This document shows positions 26,240 to 38,829 of a DNA stretch of 64,000 nt, in pieces. The position numbers and the translations under genes were made by a program. This stretch comes from Camelus dromedarius (Eukaryota), in the NCBI RefSeq assembly GCF_036321535.1, contig NC_087437.1:100070001-100134000 (forward strand), read 5' to 3'. Position 1 is the stretch's first letter. Each line of letters starts with the position of its first letter. Under the pieces are notes generated by a model that was not told the origin of the DNA, did no database searches, and saw only the letters and a list, made by a program, of their open reading frames with translations.

Positions 26240-26335
26240 AAAACCACCTCTTGTTCTTCTTTATTTGTATAGCCAATGCCTGGAATTGTGCTTGACCATA
26301 GAGAATACTCAAGATGTGTTTGAGGAATAAATGTC
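26240..26335 (+). mobile_element. L2 3' tail
   Basis: tgcctggaattgtgcttgaccatagagaatactcaagatgtgtttgaggaataaatg. Confidence 0.6.
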
Positions 26336-26584
26336 TCTGACACTGCTGATTATGTCCCCACATTCATCCATTTTGTGAAGCATACTCCAAATCACATAAA
26401 ACTGTAAAAGATTTTAAAGAGAAGATAACGACTGTTCACTCTAATTTACTGAGACATGAGACTTTCAATAGCTCCCAAACAGGAATACAAAGGTAGAGAC
26501 TTTCACAGAGTTAACTGCCAGGTTATAATTTGGGCAAAAGAGTATATTGTAGTTGCCTTAGAAGTGTAACTCATTCATTTGTGT

Positions 26585-27134
26585 TTCTGGTGTATTGTTT
26601 CCCAACACAGCTACAACAACCCCTCCATTCTCACATGCCTCTTTGCAGTGTGCCTATGCCACTCCTTCCATCTAGAAGTGGAGTCTATTTCCACTCTCCT
26701 TGAATCTAGGATAACCTCATGACTTGTTTGACCAATAGAATATGGCAGAAGTGACCCTGTGCAATTATAAGCCTATGTCTTGAAAGGTCTTACAACTTTT
26801 GCTTTTGTTCCTTCAGAATTCTCCTTTCATGTAAAGAAACTCAGGCATGGCAACTAAAAAATGAAAGATCATGTGAGAAAAGGCTAGACACTTGGAGGAG
26901 ACCTGAGAAGCCCTACCAACATTCAACACCAAAGTCCCAGAAATATGAGTGAAGCCATCTTGGAGCCTTCAGCCCCAAATGAACCACCGCAGCCAACACC
27001 AGGTGAAACAGAGACAGGCCATCCCCACTGTGCTCTGCCTGAATTTCTGATCCACAGAATCGTAAGTAATGAAATGGTTATTGTTTTCAGCCACTAAGTT
27101 TTAGGGTTTGTAGCAAAGCAGTAGATAACTAAAA
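26585..27134 (+). mobile_element. MaLR LTR (MLT1G/H-type)
   Basis: tggagtctatttcc...tgacttgtttgaccaatagaatatggcagaagtgac...agccactaagtttt...gtagataac. Confidence 0.85.
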
Positions 27135-28259
27135 GAGTGTTTAAAACTATGCTTGAAAGAACCAAGAAAACTGATGCTCTGAAATAAACCAAGTCGGATC
27201 ATTTTACAAATAACTATTACAGAATTGCTTTATCTGACATAAAGTACATTTTGTATTAACATATAAAGAAAATAAGCACAGAAACTTTCAGGCAAAAAGA
27301 AAGCAGACCTCCCACTATTTCTTGTCTAATCTTGAGTGTATAGATATAAATATTATCCAGTTTAACTTTGTTAGAAAAATCAGCAAGCTGTCAGAGCATT
27401 TTAAACATTAGTAAGTGTCATACAAATGATATACTTGATATATTGCAATTTTAAACGTCTCCACTTTAATCTAAATAATCTTTGTACCATTAAAATATCT
27501 CCAGTTTCTATAAACACTTAAAAATTAAACACTTAACCCCATGTAAAAATAGTAATCCATAAGTAAGAAATTAGAAAGACTCAATTTCTAGAAAAACCCA
27601 ACTGGCTATTTTTGAAAAAAGTCCACTTATAATATGAACTTAAAGTAAACTGATCTTCTGAAAGGTGTGATTTCAAATCGAGAAGAAGAGGTAACATTTT
27701 TTAGGAATACTGTTTTTCCATCTCAGTAAAATGAAAATGAACTCATATGGATGCCAAACTTCTTTAAAGCTTGTGTAATGAATGTAAAAGTAAACACATT
27801 TCAAGTCTGAATTCAATTCCAACTGAATATATTACAGGGCAAGTATGTCACATCCAATATTGAGGGAAACATGAGGCTTCTTAGGAGGTGTAAACACTTC
27901 TACTTTAGCAAGTCTAATCTGATTCATCATCATCAGTGAGCAGCAAAAAAAGAAAAAAATACGGATACTTTGGAAAGATTCCAAAGATCATTAAAAGTGA
28001 CAGGAAAAAGTGCTATTTATTTTGCATTTTGACTATAGAATTAGCAACAGAAGAGCATTTTAATTAAGGTTACACTCATTTCCCCGTTATATTTTCTAAT
28101 GCTTATTGTTATGAGCTCCTGGCAACAGGTTAAAGAGAATCTCCCTCCAATTGTGATCCTTCTTCCTGAGGGAATTCATGCCACTGTTTACGACGACTAT
28201 GGTGGGACTCGCAGGGGCCATGGAGGGCAGAGGCATAACCAAGAGTCATTCCACGCTCA

Positions 28260-28630
28260 GTATCATGTAAGAATGACTCTGAGATGATCCACTCCATCTC
28301 CTTTCTGCAGTGCATGTGGTATCTTGGCTTTTCCCTTTGAGCACTATGAACAGCTCATAATTTTGCTCAGAAAGGCCCACCTATCTTTGGATATTGTGCA
28401 CAAGCTACCCTATCCGCTACTTATTTCCCAGCAAGCCCCAGCTACAGCGTGTTCTTTGAAGGTGTGCATCGCTGCATCCTTAAGCCATGTTTTCAGGTTG
28501 CTATTGCTCTTGTTCAGCTCACCATTCAAGAAGCTTGCGGCTATTTGACTCTGATCCTTTATCAGGTCCATTCCAGTCGAGAATGACATGAGTTGTGCCA
28601 TGATGACTTTTCAGTCAAGGTCCTATTTCA
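28260..28630 (-). mobile_element. Ancient RTE-X (L4-like) LINE relic, ORF C-terminal region
   Basis: Minus-strand peptide IMAQL...FLNGELNKSN...LKDAAMHTFKEHAVAGACWEI and, after a shift, DRVA resemble the RTE motif QLRWxGH...LLYGEL...KDxLKxxLK..CWE..A.DR..W. Confidence 0.6.
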
Positions 28631-28704
28631 TTGCTGAGTTAATTAATGAGATTGGATGAGCTTGAATATGTTGCTTATCCTCACTAGGCCATATGTCTCT
28701 TAAC

Positions 28705-29062
28705 TGCTATGAAAATTATCACTTTTGCTGCGTCTGGTTCTCCCCACTTCTGGACACACGGTGGCTCCTACTTCCTTCCCCTTTTATATCAGGCGTGACT
28801 GGTTTTGGCCAATGAAATATGAGAAGTGGCATGCAGTACTTTGGAGCAGAAATTTTTAGTGTCAGTGTGCAAGTTGCCATGTTTCCTTCCTAATTTGGCA
28901 ATTATGAAAGCATATATTGAAATGGAGCCTCTGTCAGCCGGTATCACTAAGTGATTAGAGTGAGCAGAGCCCCCAGTCAACAAGGATGAACAATTACCAT
29001 TTATTATTTTAAGCCACTGAGACTCAGGGGTTATTGGTGGGGCAGCATAACCTAGCCCTTGT
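28705..29062 (+). mobile_element. MaLR LTR (MLT1I/J-type)
   Basis: tttggccaatgaaatatgag...atggagcctctgtcagcc...ttaagccactgaga...gcagcataacctagcc. Confidence 0.8.
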
Positions 29063-29904
29063 TGTCTTTCTCAGTGCGAGTACAGCTTTCGCAACACTTA
29101 CTAGGAAACATTTTTTCAGAGGCGTCCCCTGATTTATGCTGTATTTAGGATAGAAGATGCATAATACTATTAGCAAAAGAATTAATTCTGAGAAAAAGAA
29201 AGGAATGCATTTGAAGCTTGGTTCCTCATCAGAAAGACATTTTCCCTATCAAATGTTTAAAACTCCTCTCCCAAGTACAGTGTAGCAAAGAAGGCAGCAC
29301 ATAAAAAGATGACATTCATCAAGGAAGAGAGAAAGAGGGCGCCATGTGAACAGAAAGAGGAAATTCACTTTGATAACTATAAAATAGCAAGAATCCTAGC
29401 AATCTTAGAGGAGAAAGCAATCATCTCCAACAATTCATAAAAGTGATAAAGGCTATATTTTGAACAAGTCCATTAGTAGAGGCTGAGAACTAGAGCCCAA
29501 GTACCCAAATGTGGCATCACAGTACAGAAGGGAGTGGAACAAGACAACTATGGAAGGCAGATGTGAATAAAAAGAGCAGGTTTTAAAAGAAGACCAGCAT
29601 CAAATTTTAGAAAATGATTTTTATGTGTCTTAATGAAATAAATTAGAAATGTTATCAGAACTCCAAGGCACACGAACTATAGTTGTTGTTTACAATCAGG
29701 CTTCATTCCGTCACATAATGGAGGATCTCTTTTGCCATCTTGAAAAAGTCACAAATAAAAGAAACCCTGTCATTGCTATAAATGCTATCAGGCACCTACC
29801 TTGAATAGAATATATACACTTTCCAGAGGTTAAGTCAAGGTTATGATGCCCAGAGCAAGCAAACCAGAAAAACAGCACAAGGCACCTTGAATCGCCCTAC
29901 TTGT

Positions 29905-30215
29905 TTCTGCCTGCATGGTATCTGTGGGTTCCACATCGTCAAATTCAACAAACCGTGGGTCAAAAATATTCAAAACACAAACTTCCAGAAAGTTCCAAAA
30001 AGGAAAACTTGTATTTACATAGCATTTACACTGTATTTACAATTATTTACACAGTATTTGCATTGTATTAGGTATTATAAGTAATCTAGAGGTGATGTAA
30101 AGAGTCCAGGAGGATGTACATAGGTTATATGCAAATATTACACTTGAGCATCCACAGATTTTGGTATCCACAGGGGACCTAGAACCAGCCTCTTGAAGGC
30201 ACCGAGGGATGACTG
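29905..30215. mobile_element. MER2/MER2B Tigger MITE
   Basis: gtatctgtgggttccaca...attaggtattataagtaatctagag...accgagggatgactg followed by TA. Confidence 0.9.
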
Positions 30216-31759
30216 TATATTTCACAAAGTAGATAGCCTCTAAAGCACTTGCCAAATTTAAAGTATTTAAAGTAGGATGAATCTACACCTCACTAATGAA
30301 CTATTCCTGAAGCTAAATATATTAAGAGTCTTACCTCACAGATATATGTGATTGCTTTAGTCTGGTCTATTGTTTAATACCACATTGATTACTAAATTCT
30401 GTCTGCTAGCCTCAAAGCCCTATACTTAATTGAAATGCTAGTCTTGTAACTTTTTAAAGCAGTGGTATTTTGTGACACAGAATGATTTCAGTGAACTCCG
30501 CTTAAGAAATAAATTTGGAATTCTGTTATGTGGGATTTTTAAAATCAAGGGCTACCAGTACCTGTATAGAAGATGGTCATTATTCCTTTTTATTCATAAC
30601 AATTGCTATCCCTTACTGAGTGTTACTATGTCCATGTTCAAATGGCTAGAAAATGACAAGGCTGAAATTTAAAGACTTTCTAACAACAAACACTATTTTT
30701 TTTTATTTATACCACACTGTCTCTATTTAATTAAGCAAGAGTAATTAAAAGATTATCTTGCAATCTTATAAAAGATTGTCTCTCATATTCCTCCCCTTAT
30801 TCTTATCTAAGTCTAACTGTTGCAATAGATTTGTTTTTCCGTCCTTAGTTTTACGCTTTTTTGCTCACAACCTTTCCTTCTTGGTTTAGTCAACAGTAAT
30901 TTTTTAAATATTCTTTTAGGCCAGATATTTGTCTAACCTTTAGAGACTCGAAGAGACTTAATGGTCTCAACGATTTTAGAATCTGGTGGAAAAAAAAAAT
31001 CACTACTTGGTAAAGCGAACACACCGGCTTCCTTCACTGTTTTCTGAGTGTGTGATAATGAGGAAGATCTACATTCCTTTTCTTGAAACCATGAGACCAG
31101 TGGAGTCTTGGAGAATCGGAGGACCAAGTGGGAGATTTACCAATACTGGTTGAATTTCCAGGATTCCAGGATTCCCATAAACCATGAATAAGCTGTGGTA
31201 GAGAAAGTGTAAGTAGAGGGTAGGCTGTGAAGTTCTACTCCAGCCATTCTAACTCCTACTACATATCTGAATATAAACACCTTTTCTGTTTGGAAAGGGG
31301 AGAGCAATGGGAGCTTTTTAATGTGACTTTCCATGGCTAAAAAGAAAATTGTCTAAAAAAAATCATACAAGAGAGAAGTAATAACTTTCAAACAGGATTA
31401 ATATGAGTTATGTCTGAGGAGGTAATTACTAATAAAGTTTACACCTCTATGAAACATGTAATCTTTTATTTTTATATGGATGTCTAGTATATGACTTTCC
31501 AGGTTCTCAGAACACATTTTCAGTATTCTCTGAGGTCTTTGGAGGGGGGTTAAGCTTATGAAATAAAGTGGAGGCTGAAAAAGAACAAGCATATGGAGTT
31601 CAAGGGTTACAGAATGAATCATGCTCTACCAAGTGTCCATTTACACAGTTACAAATGGGATTGGGTGGCCATTTAAAATCTCATAAGCACTTTTGATTGT
31701 CCCTGTCTAAACCATAGTAGTAATAGCACTAGTTTTAAGTTTCATGTGAATAGGAGACA

Positions 31760-32065
31760 CTGAAAATTATGATCAATATAGGAGAAAACAGTGAAAGGAG
31801 GGAGAAGTCCAAGGGCTATGTCCATTGTGAAAGAGCTGATGAACTAAATAGCATTAATATTTAGAGAAACCAAATGAAGGCCTGCCAGGTAGAAAGGGCA
31901 GGAAAACTTCATCTGTATTTTCCCAGGAGATTAGTCTGGAATTAACGTGTAGAAAATACAAGGAGACAAGGATCTGAATAGGAATGTGAAAACAAAGCTG
32001 TTTAACAATGGGGAAAAAAACTCCCTATTAGGCAGGGAATTTCCCCTCATTTAGGGTATTTTTAA
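31760..32065 (+). mobile_element. L3/CR1 LINE 3' relic
   Basis: tgaaggcctgccaggtagaaagggc...aagctgtttaacaatgg...ttcccctcatttagggt resembles the L3 3' end. Confidence 0.5.
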
Positions 32066-32099
32066 AAAGTGCCGCATACCTCACTAACTTTATAAAACA

Positions 32100-32232
32100 C
32101 TTTTGTTGAGTTCAGATAAGGGACTGTGCTATACTAGCATCACACATACTGTATCATTTGGTACTAACTAAGTCACTTTGACATCAAAACTATTATTGTA
32201 TCAATTTTCCAGGTGAAGAAACCAAAGTTTAA
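32100..32232 (-). mobile_element. MIR, left part (split by L1)
   Basis: tattattgtatcaattttccaggtgaagaaaccaaag. Confidence 0.55.
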
Positions 32233-32279
32233 AAATATTTTTAAATGCTCAATGTTTATTATGTACTTTTACATTTTCA

Positions 32280-35200
32280 TAAAAATATTAGCACAAATAA
32301 GGGTGAGAGAAAGGAGCTATAATGGAGTAAAGTTTTTGTATAATATTAAAATCAACTTGGTATTAATCCAAACAAGATTTTTTTTAAAGTTAAGATGTCA
32401 AGTGTAATCTCCAGAGCAACTAATAACAAAATGTCAAAAAAATATAGTAAAAGAAACAATAAGGAAATTAAAATGATATACTAAAAAAATGTCTATTTTT
32501 TAAAAGAAGGTAGTAATGGAGGAATAAAGGAACAAAATAAACGTAAGACATAAAAAAACAAATACCAAGACAGCAGACATAAATCCAATGGTATCAATAA
32601 TGACATTAAATGCAAATGGACTAAACACTCCAATCAAAAGCAGAGATTGCCAAAAATCAATAAAAAGAAAAATGATCCACCATATGCTATCTACAAGAGA
32701 CACACTTTAGATTCAAACACATAAGTAAGTTGAAAGTAAAGGATTATAAAAAAAAGACATACCATGCAAATAGTAAACAAAAAGAGAGCTGGATTGGCTA
32801 TATTAGTATGAGACAAAATAGACTTTAAGAGAAAAAAAATAAAACAGGAGACAAAGAAGGATGTATTACAATGATAAAAGGGAAAATTAATTAGGAAAAC
32901 ATAACAATCATAAACATAAATGCATTTCACAAGAGCCCCAAAATACATGGAGCAAAAAATGGCAGTATTGAATGGAGAAATGAACAATTCAAAGAAACAC
33001 AGATTTCAGTACCCTACTTTAAATAATGAGTAGGACAACTAAGCAGAATATCAGAAAGGAAATGGAGACTTTCACAACATTGTAAAAAAACTAGATCTAA
33101 CAGAAATATATGGAATATTACCCACGAATAGCAGAATACACCCTCTACATAAGTGAACATAGAACTTTCTCCACAATAGACCACATTTTAGGTCATAATC
33201 AAGTTTCAATAAACTTAAAAGAATTGAAATCATATTCCTCAATCATGATGGAATGAAATTAGAAATCAACAAGGGGAAATTTGGGAAATTCATAAACTTG
33301 TAGAAACTAAATATCACCCTCTTCAAAATATGGGTCAAAGAAAAACTCAGAAGGCAAATTACAAAATACTTTGAGATGAATGAAAACAAACACAAAATAT
33401 TACCAAAATTTGTAAGTGCTACTCATGCAGTGCTTAGAGGTAAAGTTATAGCTGTAAACGACAATAAAAAAAGAAAGTTCTCGAAATAATAATGCAGGCT
33501 TTTGCCTTAAGAAACTAGAAAAAGAAGGGCAAACTATAACTAAAGCAAGCAGAATGAAGGAAATAAAGATTAGAGTAGAAACAAGTGAAATAGGTACTAG
33601 AAAAAAAGCAATTAAAAAAATCAACCAAACCAAATTTGTTTATTTGAAAACATCTACAACAAAGTTGGCAAAACTTTAGCTAGACTAACCAAAAAGAAAA
33701 AAAGAAAAGAAAAAGACAAAACAAAAAAAAAAATGACAGCAAGAGAGAGGATTAAGGAATTAAAATGACTAAAATCAGAAACCAAAGAAGGGACAATATT
33801 TCCAAACCTACAGAAATTTTGAAAGGGATTAAAAGGAAATGCTATGAACAACTGTATGCTAACAAATTGGATAACCTAGATGAAATGGTCAAATTCCTGG
33901 AAAGACACAAACTACAAAAACTGACTCTGGAAGAAATAAAAAATTGTAATAGACCTATAAAAAGTGAAAGATTGAATCAGCAATCAAAGAAAAGCCCAGA
34001 TTCATACAGCTTCACTGGTTACAGTGTTTTAAAAAGAATTAATATCAATCTTTCACAAACACTTCCAAAAATAGAAGATGAAGGAACATTTCCAATTTAT
34101 TATTTGACCATATTACTATGATAAAACCAAAGAAACTGCAACAACAAAAAATTATAGATCAATGTCCTTTATGAATATAAATACAAAATCTTCAACAAAT
34201 AGTAGCAAACCAAATCAAGTAACCTTAAAAAAAAAAAAAAAAGGATTGTACACCATGACCAAGTGGTATTAATTACAGGAGTGCAAAGCAGGTTCAACAT
34301 GCAAAAATCAATGACTGTGATATACCATATCAACAAAACAAAGAACAAAAAGCATGTGATCATCTCAATTGTTGAAGAAAAAGCATTTGAGTTAATTCAA
34401 CACCCTTTCATGATAAAACAAACAAACACTTAAACTTGGAACTGAAAGGAGCTTCCTTAACTAGATAAAGGCTATCTACAAAATGCCAACAGTTAACATG
34501 TCATCATACTTAATTCTAAAAGACTGAACGCTTTCCTTCTAAGATCAGGACAAGATAAAGATGTCCACTCTCACCACTTTTACTCACCATAGTACTGAAA
34601 GTCCTAACCACAGCAATTAGAGAGAAGAAGAAAGAAAATGAAGCCAAATTGGAAAGGAAGAAGTAAAACTGTCACTGTTTGTGGACAACAGGATACTATA
34701 CATAGAAAATCCTAAAGATGCCACCAGAAAAAGCAATGAATTCAATAACGTTGCAGGATACAAAATTAATATACAGAAATCTGTTGCATTTCTACACACT
34801 AACAATGAATTGTCAGAAAGAGAATTTAAGGAAATAATCCCATTTACCATTACATCAAAAAGTAGTAAATACCTAGGAATAAACCTACCCAAGAAGGTAA
34901 AAAATCTATACTGAGAAAACTGTAAGATGCTGATGAGAGAAACTGAAGACAATACAAACAGATGGGAAGATATATCATGTTCTTGGATTGGAAGAATTAA
35001 CATTGTTAAAAAGACCATACTACTCAAGGCAATCTACAGATTCAATGCAATCCCTATCAAAATAGCAATGGCATTTTTTCACAGAACTAGAACAAATAAT
35101 TTTAAAATTTGTATGGAAACACTAAAGACCTTGAACAGCCAAAACTATCTTTAGAAAGAAGGGCAGACTTAGGGAATCACACTCCCTGACTTCAGACTAA

Positions 35201-36995
35201 ACTGCAAAGTTACAGTAATCAAAACAGCAAGGTACTGGCACAAATACAGACACATAGATCAATGGAACACAATAGAGAGACCAAAAGATAAACCCACACT
35301 CTTATGATCAATTAATCTATGACAGAGGAGGCAAGAATATGCAATGGAGAAAAGATAGTCTCTTCAATAAGTGGTGCTGGGAAAACTACACACACAGCTA
35401 CAATGTAAAAGGATGAAATTAGAACATTCTCTAAGACCATATACAAAAATAAACTCAAAATACATCAATGCAATTCTAATCAGAATGTCAACTGTCCTTT
35501 ATGCAAAATTTGGAAGATGATCTTCAAATTCACATGGATGCAAGGGACCTTTAGAAGGGCCAAAACAATCTCTAAAAGGAAGAACAAAGTTGGAGGACTC
35601 ACACTTAACAATTTCACTTTACTACCAAGTTCCAGTAATCAGTACAGTATGGTAGGCATAAAGATAGACATATAGATCAATGAAATGGAATTGTGAATCC
35701 AGAACTACATCTTTCCATTTATGGTCAATTAGTTTTCACAATGGTGCAAAAGTAATTGAATGCAGGGGGAAAAGAAGTCTTTAACAAAAAAACAGTTCTG
35801 GGCTAACTGAATATCTACATGCATAAGAATCAAGTTGGACCCCTACCACATACTATAGACAACATTAACTCAAAAAAATCATAGAATTAAATGTGACAAC
35901 TAAAACTACAAAACTCTTAAAAGTAAATATAGGAGTAAATCTTTGTGACCTTGGATTATGCAATGATTTCCTATACATGACACCAAAAGCACAAGCAATG
36001 AAAACAGATAAATTACACTTCATCAAAATTAAAACTTTTTGTGTTTCAAAACTCACTATTAAAAAGTAGAAAAACCCACAGAATGAGAGTAGTATTTTCA
36101 AATCATATACCTCATGAGGGATTTGTGTCCAAAATATGTAAAGAATTCTTACAACTCAACAACAAAAGGACAACACAATTTAAAAACAGAGAAGAATTTC
36201 AAAAGATATTTCTCAAGATACAAATGGTCAATAAACACATGAAAAGACAGTCAACATTATTAGTCATTAGGGAAATGCAAATCAAAACCACAACAAGATA
36301 ACAATTCACACACCCTAGGATGATTATTATAAAAAAGACAGACAATAACAAGTGTAAGTGAAGATGTGGAATAATTAGAACATTCACACAATGCTGGTGA
36401 AATATAAAATTATGCATCCACTTTGGAAAGCAGTTAAGAAATTCTTCAAAAAAACTAAACAAAAAGTTTTCATTTGACCCAGCAATTCCAACTCCTATGT
36501 ACATACCCAAAAGACTTGAAAGCATATGTCTACACAAAAGCATGCACAAGAATGTCACAAAAGCATTATTCATAATAGCCATAAAGTGAAAACAATCCAA
36601 ATGTTCATCAATTGATAAATGGATAAATAAAACTGTGTCATAGCCACACAATAGTATTCAGCTAAAAAAGGAAAGAAATACCTTGACACACTACAACATG
36701 GATGACCTTGAAAACTTTATGCGAAGTGAAAGAAGGCAGACACAAAAGGCAATGCATTGTATGAGTCCATTTATATGAAATGTACAGACCAGGTAAATTC
36801 ACAAAGACAGAAAGCAGACTAGTGGTTGCCAGGGACTGGAGGATAGGAGAGAATGGAGAGCATGGCTAATGAGTATGAGTTTTCTCTTTGGGGTGATAAA
36901 AAATATTCTAAAATTAGTGATGATGGTTGCACAATTCTGTGAATTCATACTTAAAAGGATGAATTTTACATGTAAATTACATCTCAATAAGATAT
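32280..36995 (+). mobile_element. L1MB-type LINE (~4.7 kb; endonuclease region to 3' UTR), disrupted, containing a younger L1 segment
   Basis: EN start acattaaatgcaaatggactaaacactccaatcaaaag; YEQLYANKLDNLDEMVKFLE peptide; L1MB-type 3' UTR (agactagtggttgccaggg...tttggggtgataaaaaatattct). Confidence 0.9.
34580..35460 (+). mobile_element. Younger L1 ORF2 segment embedded in the L1MB element
   Basis: Less diverged peptides ([43 protein letters not shown]); closer to the 3553-6268 L1; ends at aaactcaaaa without a 3' UTR. Confidence 0.7.
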
Positions 36996-37024
36996 TATTA
37001 AAATATTTTTAATTAATAAATAAG

Positions 37025-37110
37025 AGACAGCTGAAAAATAAATGCCCAAAGTTATCAGCTAAGAGGCAAAGAAGTTGGGAAATGCACTATTCTGATTTTA
37101 AGCCCGCATT
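37025..37110 (-). mobile_element. MIR, right part (split by L1)
   Basis: tgcccaaagttatcagctaagaggcaaagaagttggga...tctgattttaagccc. Confidence 0.5.
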
Positions 37111-37847
37111 AATAAGCATTTTATTATGCTGTAACCTAATAGCCATTTCTAAGTAGTAAATTGGAAAAGATCACCAATAAGATGCACTTCATTCTTCTAA
37201 TTCCTCAATTTGATAATTTGGTGCAGGGAAACTGCAGGTTTATACCTTAATTACATAGAACAAATTAGGTAGGAGAAAGAACAGACTCTGGGGACTTAAA
37301 CGTGAAATCAGAAAAAAGAGCTAACTCTCTGAACTCACAGCGTGAGTACTGTGACTCCAGAGTGCATAAGCAAGTAGTTCTCACTTTAGAATAAATAGAT
37401 ATTCCCTCCAGTATGTAAGATTGTCCATTATTGACCCTACTCCTCTGTCCCTTCATTACCAGTACCCCACTTTCCAATGGTATCAGCCTCAGCAAACAAA
37501 ATCCCCATCATAAAACACTTTTACAAACTGCCTCATAACAGTATCTCCCTGATTCCAAAAGGACTGCTTGTGTTCCATAATCAAGTCAACCAACAGGTGG
37601 AGAAGTATAAACTTGAATTATCTAATCAATGTTTTCCGAATGTTAAATTTGTGAGGCACAGACTTCTCCAGTTCTGCAGAAGAGAAGACAGTGATAAGAA
37701 AGATGACGGTGAATAGCGGAGAACGTTCAAATATTCACAGGCCTTTGCCAGATATTCACTACATATCGATCACACTCAGGAAACTAAGAAAACACAGATG
37801 TTTCAGCTCTTAGGATAAAGCAAGCCTAGAAACATCCATTTTCAGGG

Positions 37848-37995
37848 CTTGAAGAGATCTTAGAAATCACCAAACTCAACCTCCTTATTTTATGGGGTAG
37901 AATACTGCAGAGTTAAGGAGAAAACAGATGCAATTCGTTCCCACAGTGAGCTGCAGATGTGGAACTTAAGTACGCATTTTTTGATTCATGGACCC
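37848..37995 (-). mobile_element. MIR3/MIRc SINE
   Basis: gaagagatcttagaaatcacc...caacctccttattttat. Confidence 0.55.
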
Positions 37996-38829
37996 GTCAT
38001 CTCCGGGAAGACTGAGTTCCACCTCTTCAGAGCAACTGCAAATTGCTTGTAAAAGTTGCCCCATCTTTTTAACAAAATAAAGCGTGCAACCCCTAGGTAA
38101 AGTCCACATGAAGAAGCTTCAGTTACTCCTCTTGGCCCCCTAAGTTGCTCAGAGACAACCTCCGAACCATGAAATCTGTTTTCTAGTTAGTCTCAGATTA
38201 TCCCCTCAACTTAATATCATGGAGGTGGGTTAACTGTCTCAAAGGCATGACTCATTAGAAGACAGGGAGGGTGACTGAGTAACGTCCATCACCTAGAAAC
38301 CTAGAACTCAACCCTGTAAGACTCAAGGGAATAGAGTTTCCTCACCACTATTCCCTTCGACTTTTCTCTTCTGCTCCTCTTTGATGTTTCAAACTCCTTC
38401 AGGTTTCCTCTTGCCTTATTTCTATCCCTCTGCTCAAAACATCCAAATATATAGCAGAAAGGGTAGGACCAAGTCAGAGAGTTAAAGACAATACTTCGTT
38501 GCCTCTGCTCACCACAAAGGATCTCCCTATCCTCCCCGCCCGAAATGTATGAACAAGCTTCATTCGTTGCCCGCTCTCTCCATTAGTTCCATCCTCATTT
38601 ACTTGAAGCTCTCAGCACACTGTAGGTAGATAACAGTCCTCTCACAATTTTACATGAAATAAAAATCTGGTAATGGTGGTGGGAAGGATTGACATTCTCA
38701 TCATCTAGTATAAAAGTAATATTTTGGGTTTTTTTTTAATTTAAAACAAACTGCAGTTTGGAAATGCAATGTATTTTTGTTTATCATGTCAAATTCTTAT
38801 GAAAGTATTTGAGTTGGATTTCAACCAAA

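Noticed and set aside
28410..28601. Cellular coding exon or processed pseudogene
   Set aside because: Motif pattern fits an RTE-type LINE better; frameshifted; no convincing splice sites
33765..36651. ORFs of 118-150 aa as protein-coding genes
   Set aside because: Sense fragments or antisense shadows of a disrupted L1 ORF2
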